Positions 1-8,634 of a stretch of DNA of 64,000 bases are shown in pieces. Position 1 is the stretch's first letter, and each line of letters starts with the position of its first letter. The stretch comes from Sphingomonadaceae bacterium. GTDB taxonomy: Bacteria; Pseudomonadota; Alphaproteobacteria; Sphingomonadales; Sphingomonadaceae. The translations under genes and the position numbers were made by a program. The notes below the pieces were generated by a model. That model had not been told where the DNA came from and ran no database searches. It was given only the letters and a program-made list of their open reading frames with translations. The stretch covers positions 12,153 to 76,152 of the forward strand of contig DASQNO010000118.1 of the NCBI GenBank assembly GCA_035644935.1, read 5' to 3'.

Positions 1-1008
1 CGCCTCGCCACAGCAGGTTCGGAGGCGACCGCCAAGGGCCTGATCGGCTTTGAACTGTTCAACAAGTCCGACATGGGGCTCACCGACTTCGCGCAGAAGA
101 TCAACTACCAGCGCGCGCTGCAGGGCGAGCTGGCGCGGACCATCATGGCTATGGACGGGATTGACGGCGCGCGCGTGCACCTGGCCATCCCCGACCGGTC
201 GCTGTTCCGCGGCGTCAGGAGCGAACCCAAAGCGGCCGTGACGCTGACGTTCGAGCCGGGCAAGGCCGTCGACGAGCGCCGCGTCGCGGGCATCCAGCGC
301 CTGGTCGCCGCCGCCGTCGCCGAACTTCCCTTGGCCAACGTCACCGTGCTCGACGACGTCGGACGCATCATCAGCCAGTCGGCCGAATTCGAGGCGCCCG
401 TCGCGCCGGAAATGGCCGAGCGCACGGCGGTTCAGCAATACTACCGGGCACGGGTGCGCTCGGCGGTCGAACAGGTCATGCCGGGCCTCAAGTTCGAGGT
501 ACGCGTGCTCATCCTAGCCGCGGCTGGCGAGCCCGACATGGGCGCGTGGGACGTACCCGTGCGGGGCGACGCGGCGGCAGACGCAGCCGCCGCGCCTCGG
601 GAGCGCGACTTCGGCCTTCGTATTCTGTTCGTCACGCCGTCGGGGCTCAATGCCGAGGAACAGGGCATCATCGAAAACGCCGCCGCCCAAGCGGTGGCGC
701 TCAGGCGCAGCGCCGGCGACAGCTTTGCCTTCGCGGTCGAGCCAGTCGGCAGCCGTCTGCCCGCGCCGGTCCTGCCCGCCGTGACCGTCGCGCCCGATGC
801 GCTCGTCGTCCCCGCTCCGGACCCCACCGCGGCGGTGAAGCGGCTGGCGGAGTCGAACAACTGGCTCTTCAGCATCGCCGCGCTGGTCGCGATCGCGGCG
901 ATCTTGATCTGGCTGCGCCGCCGGGCGCCGCGTCTCTCGTCTGAGCAGCGCGACGCTTACGTCCGCCGCATTCGCCTGCAGCTGGAAGGCGGCGATGCTC
1001 GCGCCTGA
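1..1008 (+). CDS. fliF: Flagellar MS-ring protein FliF-like (YscJ/FliF family), 5' end cut by window edge
   Basis: Frame 1 is open from nt 1. FELF..NYQRALQGELARTI..ARVHLAIPDRSLF matches the FliF ring-building signature. C-terminal TM helix WLFSIAALVAIAAILIWL is followed by only 30 aa. 14-nt overlap with the next ORF. Confidence 0.8.
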   Translation, partial: RLATAGSEATAKGLIGFELFNKSDMGLTDFAQKINYQRALQGELARTIMAMDGIDGARVHLAIPDRSLFRGVRSEPKAAVTLTFEPGKAVDERRVAGIQRLVAAAVAELPLANVTVLDDVGRIISQSAEFEAPVAPEMAERTAVQQYYRARVRSAVEQVMPGLKFEVRVLILAAAGEPDMGAWDVPVRGDAAADAAAAPRERDFGLRILFVTPSGLNAEEQGIIENAAAQAVALRRSAGDSFAFAVEPVGSRLPAPVLPAVTVAPDALVVPAPDPTAAVKRLAESNNWLFSIAALVAIAAILIWLRRRAPRLSSEQRDAYVRRIRLQLEGGDARA

Positions 1009-1420
1009 CGCCTCGATCGGACCCGCCGCCGCCGACCTCGCCGCCGACCTTCGCGCGCTTGCCGTTAATCAGCGGCGACAGGTGCTTGCCTCATTGTCGC
1101 CGGCCGAGCAGGCGCGCGTTTCCGCGCTGCTGGAGCCCGTCGCAACGCCTGCGCCGGGTACCCTCGACGCGACGCCCGCCACGCGTCCTGCGTTCGCGCG
1201 CTACTCGCCCTGGCTCGCGCGGCAGCTGCAGGAGCTGCAATCGGGATCGACCGGACTGGAAGCCGGCTGGACCATGACTCCCGCGGCGCGGCGCCTGCTG
1301 CTGCAGATCGCGGCGGAAGAGGCGCGGGACGACGTGCCCCCCGCCGACCAGGCCGCTACCGGCAGCCCATCGCTGCTCGGTGCGCTCGGCGGATTGTTGG
1401 CGCGAAGGGCGAGGGTGTGA
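995..1420 (+). CDS. Hypothetical 141-aa protein in the position normally held by fliG (flagella) or sctK (injectisomes)
   Basis: ATG overlaps the fliF stop and the stop overlaps the fliH-like GTG (GTGA), so it is translationally coupled within the operon. Ala/Leu/Arg-rich. It is less than half the ~330-aa length of FliG and I recognise no FliG motif. Confidence 0.5.
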   Translation: MLAPDASIGPAAADLAADLRALAVNQRRQVLASLSPAEQARVSALLEPVATPAPGTLDATPATRPAFARYSPWLARQLQELQSGSTGLEAGWTMTPAARRLLLQIAAEEARDDVPPADQAATGSPSLLGALGGLLARRARV

Positions 1421-2088
1421 CAGCACTGATCAAAGCGCACGCGGGGCACGCCGTTCGCCGTTTCGCCGAGGGCGCGTCGATCGCGCGCGCGGTGGCCGCG
1501 TCGTCATCCCCGGCCGAAAGCGCGGAAGCGGTGCAGATGGCCGTGCTCACCCAGGAACTCGCCGAGTTGCGTCGCACGATCGCCGCGGACCGGGAGGCCG
1601 CCGCCCGCGCCGCCGCCAAGGCGCGCGAGGAGGGGCGACGCGAGGGCCGTGAACAGGCCCGGCGCGATGACGAAGCGCGGATCGCGGCACTTGGCGAAGG
1701 CCTGTCCGGCGCGCGCGCCGCGTGGGACGAACGGATCGGCGAGCTCGACGGCCTGGCAACGCTGGTGGCGCGCGCCGCGATCGCCAGGATGTTCGATGCC
1801 TGCGCCAACCACGCTGACTTCGTCGCAGGCATGGTCGCGCGGCAGCTGCGGCATCTCCGCCACGAAACGGTTCTCTTAATCCGTGTCAGCCCGGAAAATT
1901 TCACCGACGACGCGGCGCTGGCGGGGCTTGGCGCCGGCGCCATCGCCGTCGAACGCGACGATACGCTGAGCGGCGGGCAGTGCCGCATCGATCTGCAGCT
2001 CGGCCATCTCGACCTCTGCTCGCGCGCCCACTGGGCCGAGATGTCGGCGCTGCTTCACCAACTCTCCGAAGCGGAGGCCGCGGCGTGA
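1417..2088 (+). CDS. fliH: FliH/SctL-like export ATPase regulator
   Basis: Sits directly upstream of fliI. Has an Ala/Glu/Arg-rich coiled-coil centre and a C-terminal GGQCRIDLQLGHLDL block typical of the FliH/YscL family. GTGA overlaps on both sides. Confidence 0.7.
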   Translation: MTALIKAHAGHAVRRFAEGASIARAVAASSSPAESAEAVQMAVLTQELAELRRTIAADREAAARAAAKAREEGRREGREQARRDDEARIAALGEGLSGARAAWDERIGELDGLATLVARAAIARMFDACANHADFVAGMVARQLRHLRHETVLLIRVSPENFTDDAALAGLGAGAIAVERDDTLSGGQCRIDLQLGHLDLCSRAHWAEMSALLHQLSEAEAAA

Positions 2089-3428
2089 CCGCGCACCCGT
2101 TCCTCGCTGAAATCGCCCGCGCCGAGTTCGTCCGCCCGCACGGCTATGTCCGCCGCGTCGCCGCAGGCCTCGTCGAGGCGTCCGGTCCCGCGGGCGCGCT
2201 TGGCGACCTCTGCGACGTCCAATGCGAACGGCCCGACGGCGCTGCCGGCACGGTGCTCGCCGAAGTTGCGGCCGTGGACGAACGCCGCGTCGTGCTCGTG
2301 CCGCTCGAACAGCACGTCACCATCCGCCCCGATGCGCGCGTTTCCGCCCGTCCCCTGCGCGACCGCGTGCCCGTCGGGGAGGCATTCGCGGGCCGCGCGG
2401 TCGACCCGCTCGGCCGCCCGATTGACGGCGGACCCCCAATCCACGTGACGGGCTCCGCGGCGCTGATGGGCTCGGTTCCCCGGCCCATGGAGCGGGCCGA
2501 TCCCTCCCGTGTGCTGACGACCGGCATCCGCGCCATCGATGGAGTGCTGACGCTGGCGGAGGGCCAGCGCGTCGGCATCTTCGCGGCCAGCGGCGTCGGC
2601 AAGACCAGCCTGACCGAGCAGCTCGCGACGCAGATCCGCAGCGACCGCACGATCCTCTGCCTCGTCGGCGAGCGCGGGCGCGAGGTCGAGGCGCTGTGGC
2701 GCATGCTGAGCACGCGCGAGGACGCGGCGCGGTACACCGTGGTGGCGGCGACGTCCGACGAAAGCGCCGCGCTGCGCGCCCGCTCCGTCAGCTACGCGCT
2801 GTGCCTGGCCGATTACTGGCGCGCGCGCGGCGAGCATGTCCTGCTGATGGTCGACTCGATCACGCGCATGGCGATGGCCTTGCGCGAGATCGGGCTCGCC
2901 GCTGGCGCGCCGCCGACGGTGCGCGCCTACACGCCCAACGTCTTCGCCGCCTTGCCGCGGCTGGTGGAACGCTGCGGCGCGACGAAAGAGGGCGGGGCGA
3001 TCACTGCCATCATGACTGTGCTCAGCGAGACCGACGACGTCGACGATCCCATCGTCGAGTTGATGAAATCACTGCTCGACGGCCACATCGTGCTGTCCCG
3101 CGCGCTCGCCGAACAGGGTCACTTTCCCGCCATCGACGTCGCGCGCAGCGTCAGCCGTGGCGCCGACCGGTTGGTCCAGCCGGATCAGGCTAAGGCGATG
3201 CGCGAGGCGGTGTCGCTGCTCGGCGCGTACGAAGAGGCGCGGGTGATGATCGAAAGCGGCGTCTACAAGGCGGGCACCAACCCGCAGGTCGACCGCGCGA
3301 TCGCGGCGCGGCCCGGGATCAACGCCTTCTTGCGCCAGGACCGGACGGACGATGTCCGCATGGAGGAAACACTGCGCAACCTGCGCGCGGTGACCGCCGC
3401 GAGCGCGAGGGCGCCGGTTCATGCGTGA
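2085..3428 (+). CDS. fliI: Flagellum-specific/T3SS ATPase FliI
   Basis: Walker A SGVGKTSL, Walker B LLMVDSITR, and conserved HFPAIDV near the C-terminus. GTG at 2085 overlaps the fliH stop; the longer track ORF starting at 1980 lies inside fliH. Confidence 0.92.
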   Translation: MTAHPFLAEIARAEFVRPHGYVRRVAAGLVEASGPAGALGDLCDVQCERPDGAAGTVLAEVAAVDERRVVLVPLEQHVTIRPDARVSARPLRDRVPVGEAFAGRAVDPLGRPIDGGPPIHVTGSAALMGSVPRPMERADPSRVLTTGIRAIDGVLTLAEGQRVGIFAASGVGKTSLTEQLATQIRSDRTILCLVGERGREVEALWRMLSTREDAARYTVVAATSDESAALRARSVSYALCLADYWRARGEHVLLMVDSITRMAMALREIGLAAGAPPTVRAYTPNVFAALPRLVERCGATKEGGAITAIMTVLSETDDVDDPIVELMKSLLDGHIVLSRALAEQGHFPAIDVARSVSRGADRLVQPDQAKAMREAVSLLGAYEEARVMIESGVYKAGTNPQVDRAIAARPGINAFLRQDRTDDVRMEETLRNLRAVTAASARAPVHA

Positions 3429-3870
3429 CCGCGACCGCCTCGCCACAATGACCCGGCTGGCCGCCGTGCAACGCGCCAAGCGCGTCGGCGCGGAAGCCGC
3501 CCTGGGCGAGGCCCGCCGGGTTGAGGCGGAGGCGGAGACCGCCCAGGCGGACGCGCAGGCCCGCCTTGTCGACGCTCACGAACAGTGGCTGGGTCACATG
3601 GAAGCGGGCCGGTTCTCGCCCGAACTAGCGGGGCTGCTGTCGAACGCGGTGGTGGGCCGCGCCGGCGAGCTCGACCAGGCCGAGGCGCAGACCGCCACCG
3701 CCGCCGACGCGCGCGCCCGCAGCCAGTCCGAATGGCAGGTCCTGGAGGCCCGCGTGCGCGCCGGCGAGGACGGACTGCGTGACTTGCGCCGCAAGGTCGC
3801 GCGGCGGCGCGAGGAAAGCCGCGTCGCCGAACGCGCCGACCGCACAACCCTTGCATGGAGCCGGACATGA
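3421..3870 (+). CDS. fliJ: FliJ/SctO-like coiled-coil stalk protein
   Basis: 149-aa Ala/Glu/Arg/Gln-rich coiled-coil protein immediately after fliI, with an 8-nt overlap. Assigned by position and composition. Confidence 0.6.
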   Translation: MRDRDRLATMTRLAAVQRAKRVGAEAALGEARRVEAEAETAQADAQARLVDAHEQWLGHMEAGRFSPELAGLLSNAVVGRAGELDQAEAQTATAADARARSQSEWQVLEARVRAGEDGLRDLRRKVARRREESRVAERADRTTLAWSRT

Positions 3871-4730
3871 GCCTGCCCCCCGTTCACGCGCGTCCTTCGC
3901 CGCCGGCGGAACCCAGCGGTGTCAAGGGGCGACCCGGGCAGGAGGACGCATCGGCCGGGTCCGGCACTCCGTTCGACATCCTGCTGGCCGAGCGCGGCGG
4001 CGCGGCGCCGCTGCCGCTTGCGGGGCAGGACCTCGACGCAGACAGGCGGCAGGGCAGGGCCGTGCCGACTGTTGCGGAGGTGTTCAACGAACACGGCTTC
4101 TTCGCGGGCGCCGCGCCGCTCGGTTCACAATCGCCGGGCGCGCCGGCATCGCCGCAGGCCGGCGGCGTGAGTGTCGAGCCCGCGTTCGCGCACCCGGCTT
4201 CGGCAGCGCCGCGCGGCGGTGCGATGGCCTTGCCCGCCGGAGGAGCCGCGCCCGTCATCGCGGAAGCCCGTTTGGCCATGGCCGACGCTGCGCTGTCGGA
4301 GGGTGCCGTCAGGCTGGACGGCTTCGGCGGCCCCTTCCTCGCGCGCTTCGCCGGATCTCCGACCGGCGCGCCGGCTGTACCAAGAGCAGCGATGCAATCC
4401 GCCCCGCGCATCGCAGCGAGCATCGCGCGCGCGGCTTCGACCGGAGCCAGCTCGCCTTCCACGGCCGATGGATCGACTTTCGCCTCGCGCGCGGGCAAGC
4501 GCCTCGCCGCCAGGGTGGAGGAGCATCTCCGCCGCGCGGGCGGCACCGCCATCCGCGTCGATGTTCGCGCCAGCCAAGACGGGCTGCTGGTCGCAGCGCG
4601 CGCCGAGGGGCTCGACCGCGCGGAGCGCAGCCGCCTCCGGGCGGAGATCGAAGCCCTGCTCGTCCGGCACGGCCATGCGCCCGCCCGCATCAGCCTGAAC
4701 GGCGAACCCGCGCCGCCACGCCGGGCGTGA
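3867..4730 (+). CDS. FliK-like hook-length control protein (weak)
   Basis: ATG 3867 forms an ATGA overlap with the fliJ stop. Pro/Ala-rich N-terminal part and a C-terminal IRVDVRASQDGLLVAARAEG..LRAEIEALLVRHG block resembling the FliK C-terminal domain. Located before flgD-flgE. Confidence 0.5.
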   Translation: MSLPPVHARPSPPAEPSGVKGRPGQEDASAGSGTPFDILLAERGGAAPLPLAGQDLDADRRQGRAVPTVAEVFNEHGFFAGAAPLGSQSPGAPASPQAGGVSVEPAFAHPASAAPRGGAMALPAGGAAPVIAEARLAMADAALSEGAVRLDGFGGPFLARFAGSPTGAPAVPRAAMQSAPRIAASIARAASTGASSPSTADGSTFASRAGKRLAARVEEHLRRAGGTAIRVDVRASQDGLLVAARAEGLDRAERSRLRAEIEALLVRHGHAPARISLNGEPAPPRRA

Positions 4731-4743
4731 AGAGGAACATGGC

Positions 4744-5208
4744 ATGCAGGTAAGCCCCTTCCCGACGACGCCGAGCCGCCCGGTCACGACGCCCGGCCAG
4801 GCGCCAGGCGCCGCGCCTCCGGCGCAGGACCCGGCGACCAGCGCCTTCGGCCTGAGCTTCGAGTCCCTGCTCAAGATCATCCTGACGCAGCTGACCTACC
4901 AGGACCCGCTGAAGCCGATGGACAATTTCGAGTTCGTCTCGCAGCTCGCGCAGTTCTCGCAGATCCAGATCGGCCAGACGACCAACGACAAATTGTCCGC
5001 CGTCGCCACCGCGCAATCCAACCTGCAGGCCGCCGGCCTGCTCGGGCGTCAGGTCGATATCCCCGCCGGCGCCGCCACGATCAGCGGCAAGGTGGTCTCC
5101 ATCGCTTTTCAGGCGGGCGAACCGCGGCTGACCGTCGAGACGGCCGACAAGCAGACGATCAGCAACATCTCCATCGCCAGCATTTCGCAGATCCGGGAAG
5201 GAAAATAG
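4744..5208 (+). CDS. flgD: Hook capping/assembly protein FlgD
   Basis: QDPLKPMDNFEFVSQLAQFSQIQ is the conserved FlgD N-terminal signature. Directly precedes flgE. Confidence 0.85.
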   Translation: MQVSPFPTTPSRPVTTPGQAPGAAPPAQDPATSAFGLSFESLLKIILTQLTYQDPLKPMDNFEFVSQLAQFSQIQIGQTTNDKLSAVATAQSNLQAAGLLGRQVDIPAGAATISGKVVSIAFQAGEPRLTVETADKQTISNISIASISQIREGK

Positions 5209-5212
5209 GAAC

Positions 5213-6391
5213 ATGTTCGGTTCGATCTACGTGGGCCTCAGCGGCCTCAACGCCTATTCCAAGGGGCTGCAGCAGGTCAGCAGCAACATCACCAACCTGA
5301 ACTCGTCGGGGTTCAAGGCGTCCACCGTCACCTTCACCGACCAGTTCAGCGTCCGCAGCAACAACCTGGCCAACGCCAACAGCCGCGAGACCACCGGCCG
5401 CGGCGTAGACACGGGCCGCACGCAGCTCGACTACAAGCAGGGCGAACTGCGCCAGACCAACCGCGACCTCGATCTGGCCGTCGACGGCAACGGCTTTCTG
5501 ATGCTGACGCGGGGCGAGGAGGTCGCCTACACGCGCACCGGCAGTTTCGAGGTCGACAAGGACGGGTTCATCGTGCTCGCCGGCACCGACTACCGGCTGG
5601 CGACGATCGATGGTTCGGGCCGCGCGGTCAGCCTCTCGATCGACGCCTCGCGCACCAGCCCGCCCAAGCCGACGACGACGATCAAGTTCGCCGACAACCT
5701 CTCCTCCACCGCGACGACCCACGCGCTGGGCGACATCAAGGTGATCGACAAACAAGGCGGCGAGCATGTCTGGCAGGTGCAGTTCGCCAAAAAGGCCGAC
5801 GGCGCGCCCGACGAATGGACCGTCACCGTCACCGACGCCAAGGCGAAGGTCGTCGGCGCCCAGACGCTGAAGTTCAACGGCGGCATCGTCGATCCCGCCA
5901 CCGCCAAGCTCGTCTTCGCGGACGAGGAGAACGGCACGTCGGTAATGCTGGACCTGTCGGAGAACGTCACCTCCTTCTCCTCGGGCCAGGTGTCGACGCT
6001 ACGCACCGCGTCCGTGGACGGCTACAAATCGGGCACGATCACGTCGGTCGGCGTCAACGACAAGGGGGCGCTGGAGATCGGCTATTCCAACGAGCAGAAG
6101 AAGGACCTGGGCGCCGTAGCCATCGCCGACTTCCGCGACCCGCAGGCGCTGGAACAGCGCAGCGGCGGCTTGTTCGCCGACACCGGCCGCGCGGGGCGGC
6201 AGGTCGCGGGCAGCGAGGACGTCCGCGTCGGCCGCGTCCTGTCGCGCCGTCTGGAGGCCTCCAACGTCGACCTCGCCAAGCAGTTCGGCGATCTGATCTT
6301 GATCCAGCGCGGCTTTCAGGCGTCCTCGCAGATCATCAGCGTGTCCAATGACATGATCCAGCAGCTGTTCGGCATCCGGGGCCAGGGCTGA
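5213..6391 (+). CDS. flgE: Flagellar hook protein FlgE
   Basis: N-terminus MFGSIYVGLSGLNAY..NITNLNSSGFK and C-terminus EASNVDLAKQFGDLILIQRGFQASSQII match the conserved axial-protein termini. Confidence 0.9.
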   Translation: MFGSIYVGLSGLNAYSKGLQQVSSNITNLNSSGFKASTVTFTDQFSVRSNNLANANSRETTGRGVDTGRTQLDYKQGELRQTNRDLDLAVDGNGFLMLTRGEEVAYTRTGSFEVDKDGFIVLAGTDYRLATIDGSGRAVSLSIDASRTSPPKPTTTIKFADNLSSTATTHALGDIKVIDKQGGEHVWQVQFAKKADGAPDEWTVTVTDAKAKVVGAQTLKFNGGIVDPATAKLVFADEENGTSVMLDLSENVTSFSSGQVSTLRTASVDGYKSGTITSVGVNDKGALEIGYSNEQKKDLGAVAIADFRDPQALEQRSGGLFADTGRAGRQVAGSEDVRVGRVLSRRLEASNVDLAKQFGDLILIQRGFQASSQIISVSNDMIQQLFGIRGQG

Positions 6392-6420
6392 GAGCTCGGT
6401 CGCAGGGGGGATGAACAAGC

Positions 6421-7209
6421 GTGGGTGAAGCATGCACGGCCTGGCTGCCGGCCAAGGCGTTCGCCGACGGCGTCGCCGCGCGGCGGCTGGCGGCGGCGGT
6501 GGAGGCGTGGGCGGAGCGCTGGTTCGCGGACCGGCGGGTCGCGCCGCTCGCGGATCCGGCCGCCGCGCGGGCGGCGGTCTGGCGCGCCGAGGCGGCGCAG
6601 GTCCAAAGCTTGGACGACGGCCTGGCGGTGGCGGTCGGCGACGCGGGGCGCCTCGCCATCGCGGGCGCGATGCTGGATGCCGCGATCGATGTCCGCAAGG
6701 CGCGGCCGGCGGACCGCCAGCTTTTCGATCGCCTGTCCGACGCCTGCCTCGACGACCTTCGCACGCGCATGGCGCAGGCCTTCAAGCTGGCGCCCGACGC
6801 GCGCTGGCGTGCCGGCGATAGCGTCGATGACTTGCCGCCTGCGGACGCCCACGCCTTTGGGTTCGACGACGCGGACGAGCCCTTGCTGCTGCTGTTCGTC
6901 ACGCGCGACCTGGAGGTGGCGCTGATCAAGTCGGGCTTGCGCGCGCCGCCTTCGCCGCCCGCGCTGGCGCCGCTCGCCACCGGCTTGGCCGCGCAGACGG
7001 TCGATCTGTCCGCGCTGCTCGGCCGCTGCGACCTCACCGTCGCCGAACTTGCCGAACTCACCTGCGGCGATGTCCTCGTCCTCGACCGCGACCTCGACGC
7101 CCCGCTCGATCTCGCGATCGACGGCCGGCTCAAGTCCGGCCGCTGCTCGGTCGCGCCCGATGGCGACCGGCTCCACCTCACAATCGTCCAAACACCGACC
7201 GGAAATTAG
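6421..7209 (+). CDS. SpoA-domain switch/sorting-platform protein (short FliM/SctQ-like)
   Basis: C-terminal CDLTVAELAELTCGDVLVLDRDLDAPLDLAIDGRLKSGRC resembles the FliM/FliN/YscQ SpoA domain. Only 262 aa, with no recognisable N-terminal CheY-binding LSQxEIDALL-type peptide. Confidence 0.6.
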   Translation: MGEACTAWLPAKAFADGVAARRLAAAVEAWAERWFADRRVAPLADPAAARAAVWRAEAAQVQSLDDGLAVAVGDAGRLAIAGAMLDAAIDVRKARPADRQLFDRLSDACLDDLRTRMAQAFKLAPDARWRAGDSVDDLPPADAHAFGFDDADEPLLLLFVTRDLEVALIKSGLRAPPSPPALAPLATGLAAQTVDLSALLGRCDLTVAELAELTCGDVLVLDRDLDAPLDLAIDGRLKSGRCSVAPDGDRLHLTIVQTPTGN

Positions 7210-7211
7210 CC

Positions 7212-7550
7212 ATGCTGACCGAGACCAAAGCCAACGGCGCCGCCGCTCCCTCAGCCGGCCCAGCCGCCGCACTGCAGCCCGACCCGCCGACGGCTAAGAA
7301 GGCGAGCCCGCCGGGCCGCATCGACGCCCGGCTGATCGACAATGTAGGCGTGACGCTGGAGGCGTATCTCGGCGGCGCGCGCATGACCGTGGCGGAGTTG
7401 ACCGACCTCAAGGCGGATTCTGTCGTGCCGTTGGTCGCCGCGCTCAACCAGGCGGTCGAACTGCGCCTCAACGGCGTCCCCGTCGCGCGCGGGGAGCTTG
7501 TCGCGGTGGGCGACAAGTTCGGCGTCAGGCTGGTCGAGATGGCCGGATGA
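7212..7550 (+). CDS. fliN: Flagellar motor switch protein FliN
   Basis: VTLEAYLGGARMTVAELTDLKADSVVPL...ELRLNGVPVARGELVAVGDKFGVRLVEM is a typical FliN SpoA domain. Confidence 0.85.
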   Translation: MLTETKANGAAAPSAGPAAALQPDPPTAKKASPPGRIDARLIDNVGVTLEAYLGGARMTVAELTDLKADSVVPLVAALNQAVELRLNGVPVARGELVAVGDKFGVRLVEMAG

Positions 7551-7924
7551 GGCTCGCCGCCGCCGCCGCGCCGATTCTCGTCATGGCGGGACCGGCGTGC
7601 GCCGCGGGCGGCCGGTTGGGCGGCGGGCAGCCGCTCGACGTGTCGCTCGGACGCATCGTGATCGCGCTCGTCATCGCGGTGATCGTCGCGGCGCTCGCCA
7701 TTCTGCTGGTCCGGCAGCGTTCGGGGAAGATCGATCTCGCGGCGCTGTTCGCGCGCGTCGAACTGCGCCCGCGCGCGATCCACGTCGTCGAAACGCGGCG
7801 GCTGAGCCCGCACGCGGACATCTGTCTCGTCCGCCACGGCGACCGCGAATATCTGCTGCTGCTGCTCGCCGGCCGCGCGCAGGTGCTGCGCGAAGCGCCG
7901 CACGCGGCGGAGCCGCTCCGTTGA
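7547..7924 (+). CDS. fliO: FliO-like export-gate assembly protein
   Basis: Single TM helix IVIALVIAVIVAALAILLV followed by a ~70-aa domain. Lies between fliN and fliP, with an ATGA overlap to fliN. Confidence 0.6.
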   Translation: MRLAAAAAPILVMAGPACAAGGRLGGGQPLDVSLGRIVIALVIAVIVAALAILLVRQRSGKIDLAALFARVELRPRAIHVVETRRLSPHADICLVRHGDREYLLLLLAGRAQVLREAPHAAEPLR

Positions 7925-8634
7925 CGAGGCTGCTCGCGCCGGGCGCGACGCTCGTCCTGCTGCTGCTCGCCGAGCCGGCCGTCGCCGCGCCGGCGGCCGG
8001 CACCGCGCTCAACTCGGACGTGATCCGCAACGCGCTCGTGCTGACGCTGCTCGCGGTCATCCCGGCGGTGCTGGTCAGCATGACGAGCTTCATCCGCATC
8101 GTTATCGTGCTGTCGATGGTGCGCCACGCGTTCGGCATGCCCGAAACGCCGCCCAACTCGGTGCTCGTAAGCCTCGCGCTGTTCCTCACCGCCTTTACGA
8201 TGTCGCCGACGCTGACCGCGCTCAACCAGTCTGCGGTGCAGCCGCTGCTGAGCGGCCGCATCGGCGTCGAACAGGCGATGCAGACGGGCAGCGTGCCCCT
8301 GCGCAACTTCATGCTGACGCAGACGCGCGACAGTGACATTGAATCGATCTACGCGATTTCGAACACGCCGCTGCCCCAGCGGCCCGAGCAGGTCGAGATC
8401 CTCAAGCTCGCGCCGGCGTTCATCCTCAACGAACTGCGCGTCGCCTTCACCATCGGCTTCGTGATCCTGCTGCCGTTCCTGCTGATCGACCTCGTCGTGT
8501 CGGCGATCCTCTTGTCGCTTGGCATGATGATGGTCCCGCCTGCGACCATCTCGCTGCCCATCAAGCTCCTGATGTTCGTGCTCATCGATGGATGGAAGCT
8601 GGTGCTCGAAGGGGTGCTGGGCAGTTTCAGGTGA
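7921..8634 (+). CDS. fliP: Export-gate protein FliP
   Basis: SFIRIVIVLSMVRHAFGMPETPPNSVLVSLALFLTAFTMSPT is a canonical FliP/SctR motif. TTG 7921 overlaps the fliO stop; the track ORF from 7498 is an artefactual N-terminal extension. Confidence 0.9.
   Translation: MTRLLAPGATLVLLLLAEPAVAAPAAGTALNSDVIRNALVLTLLAVIPAVLVSMTSFIRIVIVLSMVRHAFGMPETPPNSVLVSLALFLTAFTMSPTLTALNQSAVQPLLSGRIGVEQAMQTGSVPLRNFMLTQTRDSDIESIYAISNTPLPQRPEQVEILKLAPAFILNELRVAFTIGFVILLPFLLIDLVVSAILLSLGMMMVPPATISLPIKLLMFVLIDGWKLVLEGVLGSFR

Noticed and set aside
3779-4753. 324-aa alternative frame across the fliK-like region
   Set aside because: It is extremely Arg/Gly/Ala-rich (over 25% Arg by eye). The 3867-4730 frame has the ATGA coupling to fliJ and a FliK-like C-terminus. 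The call remains only moderately confident.
7498-7920. N-terminal extension of the fliP ORF (378-aa version)
   Set aside because: The extension overlaps fliN and fliO in another frame and is Arg-rich. FliP similarity and its signal/TM region begin after TTG 7921, which overlaps the fliO stop.
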